Positions 39,413-48,428 of a DNA stretch of 64,000 bases are shown here, one piece after another; the stretch's first letter is position 1, and each line of letters opens with the position of its first letter. Location: positions 65,639-129,638 of the forward strand of contig CAWBOB010000007.1 of assembly GCA_963790335.1 (NCBI GenBank). The letters are read 5' to 3'. The stretch is from an uncultured Actinomycetes bacterium (GTDB taxonomy: Bacteria; Actinomycetota; UBA4738; HRBIN12). The notes beneath the pieces are model-generated. The model made no database searches. It had not been told where the DNA came from and saw only the letters and a list, made by a program, of their open reading frames with translations. Made by a program: the position numbers and the translations under genes.

Positions 39413-39526
39413 GATGCGGGATGGTAGGTCGCTCCATGACACGCGCGCCACGGTCGGATGAGCACGATCGATGCGACCGAGGTTCGATCCGGACATGGCC
39501 ATTCGGTGTAGGCCGGTGCCACCTCG

Positions 39527-39898
39527 TCAGAACGCGTCTTCGAAGAGCTCCACCTCGATGGATCCCTCCGGCGACGATCCGGTGCGAACGGCGACGCTCG
39601 CCACATCGAAGCGCACGCAGAGCGGGCCGATGCCGTGCGTGAGCAGGAAGACCTCGGCGAGGGACCGCAGCTTCCGCCGCTTGCGGGCGTCGACCGCATC
39701 GAACCCAACCCCGCGGCTCGAGCCACGACGGGTCTTGACCTCGCAGAACACCAGCACGTCGCGCCGGCGCAGCACCAGATCGATCTCGCCGAGGCTGCAC
39801 CGCCAGTTGCTCGCCACGAGCGAGAACCCGCGGCGCCGGTAGAGGTCGAGCGCCGCCCGCTCGCCCCTGGCCCCGAGATCGGAACGCGCGTCGGACAC
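39527..39898 (-). CDS. yraN: YraN/UPF0102 family nuclease
   Basis: LGARGE, NWRCSLGEIDLV, VFCEVKTR, RFDVASV; leaderless TACGGT -10 supports GTG 39898. Confidence 0.92.
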   Translation of the reverse strand: MSDARSDLGARGERAALDLYRRRGFSLVASNWRCSLGEIDLVLRRRDVLVFCEVKTRRGSSRGVGFDAVDARKRRKLRSLAEVFLLTHGIGPLCVRFDVASVAVRTGSSPEGSIEVELFEDAF

Positions 39899-39964
39899 GA
39901 CGAGGACCGTAGAGGCGAGGTGTGACACGAAGCGCCGGAAGCGGCGCTCCCGATCGCGAGACCG

Positions 39965-40282
39965 CTAGGGCGTCGATGGTGCGTCGGGGATCGTCGTGGG
40001 CTCGTCGCGCTTCGCGAGCTCCTCGACGTTCACGTCGCGGCGGGTCATGACCCGCACCGTCGAGACGAACCGTGCCGGGCGGAACATGTCCCACACCCAC
40101 GCGTCGGTGAGGTCGACCTGCACCCATCCATCGCCGGTCGGGGTGAGCTGCACCTGGTTCGCCAGGTAGAACCGGCGTTCGGTCTCGATGACGTAGGTGA
40201 ACATCGGGAGCACGTCGCGGTACTCGCGATACAGCTCCAGCTCGCGTTCCTCTTCGAACCGCTCGATGTCGTCGTCGCTCAT
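39965..40282 (-). CDS. DUF2469 family protein
   Basis: EERELELYREYRDV...FTYVIETERRFYLAN...DAWVWDMFRPARFV...EEL. Confidence 0.92.
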   Translation of the reverse strand: MSDDDIERFEEERELELYREYRDVLPMFTYVIETERRFYLANQVQLTPTGDGWVQVDLTDAWVWDMFRPARFVSTVRVMTRRDVNVEELAKRDEPTTIPDAPSTP

Positions 40283-40295
40283 GCGACCCAGCTTC

Positions 40296-40979
40296 TCACG
40301 CAGGCGCCTGAACCCCATCGGCCGGCCAGGGCCGGGCGGCCATCCCTGCGAACAGCGACGGCTGCGCGCAGGGAGCGAACGACATGCGGTGCACGGATGT
40401 CGGGCCGTGCTGATCGAGCGCCTCCAGGTGTTCGGGCGTGCCGTAGCCCTTGTTGTGATCGAACCCGAACTCGGGGAAGCGCCGATGCAGCCGGCGCATG
40501 ATGCGATCGCGCGTGACCTTGGCCACGATCGAGGCCGCCGCCACGCTGGCGCTCACCGCATCGCCCTTCTTCACGCCGATCGACGGGCACGGGATGCGCG
40601 GCACAGGGAACCCGTCGGTCAGCACGTAGTCGGGCTCAAGCGCCTTCGCCGCCCTGCGCAGCAGCGCGATGTTCGACCGGTGCAGCCCGCGGGCGTCGAT
40701 CGCGGCCGGCTCAGCCTTGCAGGCGATCCAGGCTGCCGCCGCGACGATGCGTTCGTACTGGGTCTCGCGCTGCGGCTCGGTGAGCATCTTCGAGTCGTTG
40801 ATGCCGTCGATGTCGAACCGATCGGGAAGGATCACCGCCGCGGCCACGAGCGGCCCGGCGAGCGCGCCGCGGCCGGCCTCGTCGGCGCCCGCCACACGCG
40901 TGAACCCCTGGGCGGCGAGGAGCCGCTCGTACCGGTCCATCGATCGGCTCGACCGTTGCATCGCTCCAGGAGCCTTCAT
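40296..40979 (-). CDS. rnhB: Ribonuclease HII
   Basis: VAGADEAGRGALAGP, INDSK, TDG, KGDAVSASVAAASIVAKVTRD, KGYGT, HRMSF. Confidence 0.96.
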   Translation of the reverse strand: MKAPGAMQRSSRSMDRYERLLAAQGFTRVAGADEAGRGALAGPLVAAAVILPDRFDIDGINDSKMLTEPQRETQYERIVAAAAWIACKAEPAAIDARGLHRSNIALLRRAAKALEPDYVLTDGFPVPRIPCPSIGVKKGDAVSASVAAASIVAKVTRDRIMRRLHRRFPEFGFDHNKGYGTPEHLEALDQHGPTSVHRMSFAPCAQPSLFAGMAARPWPADGVQAPA

Positions 40980-41632
40980 CGCACGACCCCGATGCGATCG
41001 ACCGGCCACATGCGCAGGAACGTCACGCCGATCAGCTTGTCGATCGGCACGAGGCCGGTGCAGTCGGGAGGATCGCACCGCGAGTCGCCGGAGTTCCCTC
41101 TGTTGTCACCCAAGACGAACAGCATGCCATCGGGCACCGTCACTGGCCGGTAGGGGCTCTTCGGAACCGGCTGGTTCAAGTACGGCTCGTCGACGGGCGC
41201 GCCGTTGACGAAGAGCGTGCCCGAACGGTCGATCTCGACGACGTCGCCGGGGAGTCCCGCCACGCGCTTCACGAAGTCGTCGTGGGGAGGGTTCGCAACG
41301 CCGAGGGTCTCGCCGAGCCAGTGCAGCGCTCCGCCGACGACGCCGCGATCGGGTGTGGTGCCGTCGGGCCCCTCGAACACCACCACGTCGCCCCGGTCGA
41401 CGTCGTCGAGCCGCAGACAGATGCGACACACGACGATGCGGTCGCCCTTCCGCAGCGTTGGCACCATCGAGGACGACGGGATCGAGAACGCCTGCACCAG
41501 CAGGAGCTTGATGACGATCGCGAGTACGAGCGCGACGCCCACGAGCACCGGCAGCTCGTGCCAGCGGCCGTGCCAGCGCGCTTCGGAGTGCGGATCGGGG
41601 GGCTCGGCGGCGCCGGGCAGCCGACCGGCCAC
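40976..41632 (-). CDS. lepB: Signal peptidase I
   Basis: IPSSSMVPTL, GDVVVF, FVKRVAGLPGD, GDNRGNSGDSR. Confidence 0.95.
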   Translation of the reverse strand: MAGRLPGAAEPPDPHSEARWHGRWHELPVLVGVALVLAIVIKLLLVQAFSIPSSSMVPTLRKGDRIVVCRICLRLDDVDRGDVVVFEGPDGTTPDRGVVGGALHWLGETLGVANPPHDDFVKRVAGLPGDVVEIDRSGTLFVNGAPVDEPYLNQPVPKSPYRPVTVPDGMLFVLGDNRGNSGDSRCDPPDCTGLVPIDKLIGVTFLRMWPVDRIGVVR

Positions 41633-41635
41633 CGG

Positions 41636-42181
41636 TCAGGCCTCGGCCTTCTCCTCGTCGGCGGCCTCGATGGCCTCCGTCTCGTCGGCCTCGACCGCGT
41701 CCGACACCTCGGCCTCGGAGGCCTCGATCACGTCGGTCTCGTCCGCGCCCTCGTCGGGCTCGTCGGCCGCTTCCTCGGCGGCTGCCTCCTGGGCGGCGAG
41801 CGCCGCGGCATCCTCCATGGCAGCCAGCTTGACCTCGTCGATGCGGCGCTCCTTGATGCGCGCCTTCTTGCCGCGCAGCTCGCGCAGGTAGTAGAGCTTG
41901 GCACGGCGCACCTGCCCGCGGCTCACGATCTCGAGCTTGGCGATCGAGGGCGAGTGCACCGGGAAGGTGCGCTCCACGCCGACCCCGAACGAGATCTTGC
42001 GGACCGTGAACGTCTCGCGCAGCCCGCCGTTCTGCCTGCCGATCACGACGCCCTGGAACACCTGAACGCGCTCGCGACTTCCCTCGACCACCCGCACGTG
42101 CACCTTCACGGTGTCACCTGGGCGGAAACTCGGGATGTCGCTGCGCAGGAATGACTTCTCGACGAGATCGGTCTTGTTCAT
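41636..42181 (-). CDS. rplS: 50S ribosomal protein L19 with an acidic C-terminal tail
   Basis: [39 protein letters not shown]. Confidence 0.97.
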   Translation of the reverse strand: MNKTDLVEKSFLRSDIPSFRPGDTVKVHVRVVEGSRERVQVFQGVVIGRQNGGLRETFTVRKISFGVGVERTFPVHSPSIAKLEIVSRGQVRRAKLYYLRELRGKKARIKERRIDEVKLAAMEDAAALAAQEAAAEEAADEPDEGADETDVIEASEAEVSDAVEADETEAIEAADEEKAEA

Positions 42182-42195
42182 GGCAACGGCCGCCG

Positions 42196-42204
42196 ATTGT
42201 ACCA
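42196..42204 (-). promoter_or_regulatory. rplS extended -10 promoter TGGTACAAT
   Basis: Near-consensus TGn-TACAAT 14 nt before the ATG. Confidence 0.7.
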
Positions 42205-42787
42205 GCGGCCTTTCCCCACCCAGCCGGGCGAACTCAGGCTGGTGGAGACACTGGAGCCTTCGAACGACCGCGTGAGGCAGACTCGACCGATGCGATCGGC
42301 GTTCCTCCCGGCATGCGGCTCGACTGATCGCCGGAATGCCCGCGCGGTCGTGGGTCGCCGGCGACGGACCACGGCTTCTGACCGCCTGTCGAGGCGGGAG
42401 TCAACGTCGCCCGCGACAAGACGAGCTCACCCCGGAGGTATCCTTGGCTCGCCGACGGACAGCTCGCCAGGCGGACCGCGAGTCCGACTACCGCGCCCGA
42501 CACGACGAAGAGGAGACAACCCAGGGGCGAATCAGCCCCTCCATCCACGAGGGTCGCTCCAGCGTCGACGTAGGGCCAATTGTCATCCCTTTGCTCGGCC
42601 GACGTTTCATCGGGAGGCTGCGCCCGTATCTCGCCTGCATGGGCGCAGGATAGTGGCGGCGCCACGTCGATCCCGGTTCTGAACGTCGTGGACGAGATAT
42701 GGGGGCAGGGACTTCCCAGAACTTGGCAGCTCGACGACCCGTCGGTTCAACGATGTTCGCGACCGCACCTCACCGTGAGCCGCCCTC

Positions 42788-43475
42788 CTACCCTGAACCG
42801 TCCTCTCCCGGAAGATCGGGGCGGTTGCGGCGGGTCTTGGCCTCTGCCGCTTCGCGGCGCCAGCGCTCGATCTCGGCGTGGTTGCCACCCAGCAGCACCT
42901 CGGGAACGGCCAACCCCCGAAACTCGCGCGGACGCGTGTACTGCGGATGCTCGACCAGGCTCGGCTCGCTGAACGAGTCGCGCTCGTGCGACTCCTCGCG
43001 GCCGATCACGCCGGGCACGAGGCGGGTGACAGCTTCGATCAGTACGAGTGCGGGCAGCTCGCCGCCCGAGAGCACGTAGTCGCCGATCGAGACTTCCTCG
43101 GCCGGAAGCCCTTCGGCCACACGCTCGTCGACGCCCTCGTAGCGCCCGCAGAGCAGGGTGAGGTGGGGCTCGGCGGCGAGCTCGCGCACGAGCCCCTGGG
43201 TCGAGCCGGCGCCCGGCGGGCGAGAGCAGCAGCGCGCGCCCGCGGTCGGGGTCGAGCGATTCGACCGCGCGGAACCACACGTCGGCGCGCATCACCATGC
43301 CGGCCCCGCCTCCGAACGGGGTGTCGTCGACCGATCGGTGCACATCGTCGGTGTGATCACGCAGATCGTGCACACGTACGTCGATCACGCCTGCTTCGAT
43401 CGCCTTGCCCAGCAGGCTCTCGCCGAGCGGCCCCGATACGAGGTCGGGGAAGATCGTGAAGACGTCGATGCGCAC
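42788..43475 (-). CDS. trmD: tRNA (guanine-N1)-methyltransferase (frameshift near 43200)
   Basis: DVFTIFP, VDDTPFGGGAGMVM, LCGRYEGVDER, SIGDYVLSGGE, EHPQYTRP. Confidence 0.95.
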
Positions 43476-43503
43476 CTCGCGGAGGCTACCGCGCGCGCAG
43501 GGT

Positions 43504-44012
43504 CTATCCGGGCGCGGTCAGACCCGGGACGTCGCGCACCACGATGCACTTGGCTTCGATGTCGACCTCGACGATCACGTCGCGGATCGCGGGAACGAGC
43601 GTCTCGGCGCCCCCGGCGTCCACGGCCACCCACAGGTCGTTCGCCGGGTTCGGGATGACGTCCGACACGATGCCGAGCGAGCGTCCCGACTCAGTGACGA
43701 CGTCGCAGCCCTCGAGCTGGAACGGCCAGTACTCCCCCCGGGAAGCTCGGGCAGCCACGATTCGGGCACGACCAGCACGGTGCCGCGGAGCGCCTCGGCA
43801 CCGGTGCGGTCTTCGACACCTGCGAACTTCACGAGCAGCCGCCGGCCGTGAGGCTGGGAACGCTCGATCTCGAGCGAGCGGCCGCTCTGGGTGAAGATGG
43901 TCGCGCCCGCGGCGAACCGCGTGGGCTCGTCCGAACGGATCTCGACCGCGACCTCGCCCTTGATGCCGTGGGCCCTGGTGACGTGTCCGACGACGACGGT
44001 CGGCTCGGCCAC
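43504..44012 (-). CDS. rimM: 16S rRNA processing protein RimM (frameshift near 43740)
   Basis: VGHVTRAHGIKGEV, DRTGAEALRG, EYWPFQLEG, PANDLW, LVPAI. Confidence 0.92.
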
Positions 44013-44013
44013 C

Positions 44014-44244
44014 TCAGTCGGCGATGTCGACGTAGGCGCTGGTGCCTTCGCGGGTCGCGGCGGCGCGCACGACCGCTCGGATCGCTTTGGCGGTGCGACC
44101 GCCTTTGCCGATCACCTTGCCCATGTCGTCGGGTGCCACGTGCACGGTGTACCGGAAGCCGCGATCGTCTTCGGACTCGGTGACCTCGACGGCGTCGGGG
44201 TCGTCGACCAGCTCGCTCACGAGGAAGTCGACCAGATCCCGCAC
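44014..44244 (-). CDS. khpA: KH-domain RNA-binding protein (KhpA/UPF0109)
   Basis: [29 protein letters not shown]. Confidence 0.93.
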   Translation of the reverse strand: MRDLVDFLVSELVDDPDAVEVTESEDDRGFRYTVHVAPDDMGKVIGKGGRTAKAIRAVVRAAATREGTSAYVDIAD

Positions 44245-44247
44245 GAG

Positions 44248-44789
44248 TTACTCCTCGGTGGCCTCGGGCTCGGCGAGCCTCGGGCTCGGCGAGCCTCGGC
44301 CTCGGCGGCCTCGGGCTCGGGTTCGCGCCTCGCGAGCTTCGGCGGAGCCTCGGGCTCGGGCGCAGCCTCGGCTCGGCTCCGCGGGCGCTGCGGCTGCGCG
44401 GCTCGGGCTCGGGCGGTGGCGTTGCCGGCTTCCTCGGCTGCCGCCGCAGCCTTGGCGGCCGCCTTCTTCGAGACCTTGGGCGCGGCGGACTCGGCGTCGC
44501 GCACCCGCACCTGGCCGGCGGCGCTCGGACGCTCGGCCACGAACGTGTCCCAGATGCCCACCTTCGCCATGAGGTTGCGAACCTGGTCGCTCGGCTGGGC
44601 GCCGACCCGCAACCAATGCAGGGCGCGCGCCTCGTCGATCTCGATCAGGCTCGGATCCTCGAGCGGGTGGTACTTGCCGATGTTCTCGATGAAGCGGCCG
44701 TCGCGCGGCGAGCGCTGGTCGGCCACCACGACGCGGTAGAAGGGTCGCTTGGTGGCCCCCAGGCGTCGAAGTCGTATGCGTGTCGACAT
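44248..44789 (-). CDS. rpsP: 30S ribosomal protein S16 with an Ala/Glu/Pro-rich tail (frameshifts in the tail)
   Basis: [46 protein letters not shown]; stop TAA at 44248-44250. Confidence 0.95.
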
Positions 44790-44815
44790 GTCGTTCCCGT
44801 CCCTCGTTCGCGGGT

Positions 44816-46184
44816 CTACCGCTTCGGCAGCTTCACCGAGGGAACCCGCACGGCTCCCGGCATGCCGGCCATGCCCGGCATGCGTTTGCCCCCCATCATG
44901 GAGCGCATCATCTTCCTCGCGCCCTCGAAATCCTTGAGCAGCGAGTTGACGTCGGCGGTCGTGACACCGGATCCGTTCGCGATCCGCAGACGCCGCGACC
45001 CGCTGATGATACCGGGTTCGCGCCGCTCGGCCGGGGTCATCGACAGGATCATCGCCTCGGCGCGCTTCAGCTCACCGTCGTCGATCGCGTCGGCCATCTG
45101 CTTCATGGCGTTCTTGCCCCCCGGCATGCCCGGCAGCATCTTCAACAGGTCGCCCATCGAGCCGAGCTTCTGCACCTGGCGGAGCTGATCGAGGAAGTCC
45201 TCGAACGTGAACGTGCCCGCCATCAGGTTCTCCGCGCTCTTCTGCGCCTGCTCGATGTCGAGCGTCTCCTGCGCCTTGTCGATCAGCGTGAGCACGTCGC
45301 CCATGCCGAGGATGCGCCCCGCCATGCGGTCGGGGTAGAAGGGCTCGAGGTCGGCGGGCTTCTCCCCGGTGCCGACGAAGTAGACGGGCCGGCCGGTGAC
45401 GGCGGTGATCGACAGAGCCGCGCCGCCCGCGAGCGTCACCGTCGAGCTTGGTCAGCACGAACCCCGTCGTGTCGACCTCGCGCATGAACTCGCGCGCCTG
45501 CACGACCGCGTCCTGGCCGGTCATCGCGTCGGCCGCCATCAGCACGTGCTGCGGCTTCGTGACGTCCTTGATCCTGCGGGCCTGCTTCATCATCTCGGCG
45601 TCGACGTGCAGCCGGCCGGCGGTGTCGATGATGACCACGTCGGCGTCCTGGCGATCGGCCTCCTTCAGGCCCTGCTTCGCGAGCTTCACCGGATCCTTGC
45701 CCTCGGACCAGACCGGAACCCCGATCTCGCGGCCGAGCGTGCGCAGCTGCTCGATCGCAGCGGGCCGCTCCAGGTCGGCCGCGATCAGCAGCGGGCGCCT
45801 GCCCTTGCCCTTGAGGTGGGTCGCGATCTTCGCGCACGCGGTCGTCTTGCCCGACCCCTGCACGCCGGCCATCATGATCACCGCGGGACGCGCGCCGCCG
45901 AGCTCGAAGGCGCGGTGCTCCCCTCCCAGCGTGACGGTGAGTTCCTCGTTCACGACCTTCACCACCTGCTGGCCCGGCGTGAGGCTCTTCATGACCTCTT
46001 CGGACAGCGCTCGCTCGCGGACCCGTGCCAGGAAGTCGTCGGCCACCTCGAGCGCGACGTCGGCCTCGAGCAGCGCGGTCCGCATGTCGGCCAGCGCGTT
46101 GTCCACCTGTTTGGGATGGAGCTTGCCGCGGGAACGCAGCTTCCGGAAGGTGCCGTCGAGCCGTTCCGTGAGGGTGTCGAACAT
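44816..46184 (-). CDS. ffh: Signal recognition particle protein Ffh (frameshift near 45428)
   Basis: [33 protein letters not shown]|[36 protein letters not shown]. Confidence 0.96.
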
Positions 46185-46277
46185 GATGCCTCGTCGTCGT
46201 CGGTGGCAGGCGGGCGCGTGCGCCGCTTCCATCGGAAGCCGGCGGTCGACGCCGGAGCGGGGGTCGGGTGGTGCGGC

Positions 46278-46287
46278 TAGGATTCTA
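46278..46287. promoter_or_regulatory. Overlapping divergent -10 elements TAGGAT (plus) and TAGAAT (minus) for the histidine kinase and ffh
   Basis: Hexamers at 46278-46283 and 46282-46287. Confidence 0.5.
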
Positions 46288-46300
46288 CCCGGGGGTGCAC

Positions 46301-46993
46301 ATGGCGAGTTCCGAGGTGCGGGAGATGAGCGTGGTCGCCATGGCGAACCACGAGATGCGCACGCCGCTCGCCGCGATCCGTGGCTTCGTCGACATGCTGC
46401 AGCGCAAGCGCGCCGAGCTGAGCGACGACGAGATCGACGAGTACCTCACCATCATCTCGATCCAGACCGACCGGCTCATCAGGCTCGCCGACGACCTCAT
46501 CACGGTGGAGAGCCTCGACGACCCTGACCGATCGATCGAGCACGAGCCGATCGTGCTGGTGCCCGCGCTGGAGCAGCTCGTGCGGGAGCTGCCGGGCGGT
46601 GACCGTGTGAAGCTCCGCATCTCGGCGAGCGCGCCGCCGACGATCGAGTCCGACGCCCTCCGGCTCGCCCAGGTGCTCACGAACCTGCTCACGAACGCGC
46701 TGAAGTACTCCGAGGCCGACGTCACCGTCGAAGCGGAGGCCGACGGAGAAGGCAACGTGGCGATCTCGGTGATCGACCACGGGATCGGCATCGCCGACGA
46801 CGAGCGCGAGCGCGTCTTCGAGCCGTTCTACCGAACCGCCGAAGGCGCGCGGTCGGCCGAGGGCTCTGGCCTGGGTCTGGCGATCGCCCGCGCGTTCGTC
46901 GCCGCGCTCGGAGGCGACATCGCGGCGCTGCCCACCGCTGGAGGCGGCACGACCTTCCGCGTCAGGCTTCCGGTGCACGCGCCGGCGCGCTGA
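46301..46993 (+). CDS. Cytoplasmic histidine kinase core lacking any sensor or TM domain
   Basis: H-box ANHEMRTPL about 15 aa from the N-terminus; N-box TNLLTNALKYS; DHGIGI; FEPFYR; GSGLGLAIA. Confidence 0.88.
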   Translation: MASSEVREMSVVAMANHEMRTPLAAIRGFVDMLQRKRAELSDDEIDEYLTIISIQTDRLIRLADDLITVESLDDPDRSIEHEPIVLVPALEQLVRELPGGDRVKLRISASAPPTIESDALRLAQVLTNLLTNALKYSEADVTVEAEADGEGNVAISVIDHGIGIADDERERVFEPFYRTAEGARSAEGSGLGLAIARAFVAALGGDIAALPTAGGGTTFRVRLPVHAPAR

Positions 46994-47351
46994 GCACCTG
47001 CTCGACCGTGTTCAGCAGCGTGATGGGGCTGAAGGGCTTCGTGAAGTACTCGTCGGCCCCGATCGCCATCGCCCGCCCGCGGCCTTCCTCGCCGTCGGCC
47101 GTGACCACGATGACCCTGATGCCTGCCGTGGCAGGGTCGCCACGGACCTCGGCGAGCACCTCGGCCCCGCTCGACCCGGGCATGTTCATGTCGAGGAAGA
47201 CGAGATCCGGCGCGTCGGCCCGCATCATCTCCAGCGCACGCTGACCGTCGGCCGCCTCGTCGATATCGAAGCCCTCGCCCTCGAGCACGAGACGCATGGC
47301 CTCGCGCATGGTGGGGTGGTCCTCGACGATCAGGATCCTCGCGTTGGGCAC
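46962..47351 (-). CDS. Single-domain response regulator (CheY-like)
   Basis: ILIVEDH, LVFLDMNMPG, VVTA, YFTKPF; no output domain; SD directly after the ftsY stop. Confidence 0.9.
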   Translation of the reverse strand: MPNARILIVEDHPTMREAMRLVLEGEGFDIDEAADGQRALEMMRADAPDLVFLDMNMPGSSGAEVLAEVRGDPATAGIRVIVVTADGEEGRGRAMAIGADEYFTKPFSPITLLNTVEQVLSAPARAPEA

Positions 47352-47362
47352 CGTTTCCCTTC

Positions 47363-48418
47363 CTAGTCCGACAGCAGGCGGTCGGCGAACGCCGCCGCCT
47401 CGAACGGACGCAGGTCGTCCGCGCCCTCGCCGACGCCGACGAACCGAACCGGCACGCCGAGCTCCTGCCGCACCGCGAGCACGATGCCCCCCTTCGCCGA
47501 TCCGTCGGTCTTGGTGAGCACCACGCCGGTCACCTCGACCGCGTCGGTGAAGGCCCGCGCCTGTGCGATGCCATTCTGACCCGTCTGAGCGTCGAGCACG
47601 AGCAGGGTCTCGTCGACCTCGGCACCCGCCTTCTCGATGACGCGCCCGATCTTGCCGAGCTCGTCCATGAGCGGCGTCTTCGTGTGCAGGCGGCCTGCCG
47701 TATCGACGATCACCACGTCGGAGCCCCGGGCGGTCGCCGCCGTCACGGCGTCGAAGGCCACGGCACCGGGGTCGGCGCCGCGGTCCTGGCTCACGAGGTG
47801 CGCGCCTGCGCGCGTGGCCCAGACCTCGAGCTGCTCGCCCGCGGCGGCCCTGAACGTGTCGGCGGCCGCGAGGCTCACCTGACGGCCCTCGCCCGTGAGC
47901 CGCTTCGCGAGCTTGCCGATCGTCGTGGTCTTGCCGGAGCCGTTCACCCCTACGACCAGGACGACGCCCGGGCGACCGCTCGGCAGGTGCAGGAGCTCGT
48001 CGGGTCCGAGGATCGCAACGATCTCGTCGTGGAGCATCGACACGGGGTCTGCACCCGCCGCGAAGCCCGCCCGGACCCGGCCGACGAGCTCGGTCGCGGC
48101 CTTCGGACCGACATCGGCCTTGACGAGCAGATCCTCGAGGGCGCGCCAGGTGTCGTCGCCGGCGCCGCCCGAGAACAGCGCCTTGACCCGCGACCCCAAG
48201 CCGTCGCGGCGGAAGACGCCACCCGAAGGCCTCGGCTCGCCTCGCAGGGGCTCAGGCCGCTGCGGCGCCGGGTGCGTCGCGGCCGATGGAAGGACGCGAT
48301 CCCCGCCCGGGCGCGCAGGGTCACCGTCGCGCGAGCGTCGTCTGCTGGCGACGAGCCCTGCCGACACCGCCACGACCGCGACCGCCAGCACGGCGAACAG
48401 GATGATGCCGATCTCCAC
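47363..48418 (-). CDS. ftsY: SRP receptor FtsY (N-terminal TM anchor)
   Basis: [44 protein letters not shown]; leaderless GTG 48418. Confidence 0.95.
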   Translation of the reverse strand: MEIGIILFAVLAVAVVAVSAGLVASRRRSRDGDPARPGGDRVLPSAATHPAPQRPEPLRGEPRPSGGVFRRDGLGSRVKALFSGGAGDDTWRALEDLLVKADVGPKAATELVGRVRAGFAAGADPVSMLHDEIVAILGPDELLHLPSGRPGVVLVVGVNGSGKTTTIGKLAKRLTGEGRQVSLAAADTFRAAAGEQLEVWATRAGAHLVSQDRGADPGAVAFDAVTAATARGSDVVIVDTAGRLHTKTPLMDELGKIGRVIEKAGAEVDETLLVLDAQTGQNGIAQARAFTDAVEVTGVVLTKTDGSAKGGIVLAVRQELGVPVRFVGVGEGADDLRPFEAAAFADRLLSD

Positions 48419-48428
48419 GGGCGCGAGG

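Noticed and set aside
39922-39935. TGTGAC half-site upstream of yraN as a third palindrome copy
   Set aside because: Only 9/14 matches, not palindromic and at a different spacing; within chance for GC-rich DNA.
42197-42780. Known structured RNA (RNase P, SRP, tmRNA, hammerhead) in the trmD-rplS gap
   Set aside because: I could not find the hallmark motifs (GAGGAAAGTCC, the SRP GGAA loop, CUGANGA/GAAA). Kept only as an unexplained-region finding.
44268-44330. Tandem CCTCGGGCTCGGCGAG-like repeats
   Set aside because: They encode the low-complexity EPEA tail of S16 and are a likely site of assembly slippage; not a CRISPR or separate element.
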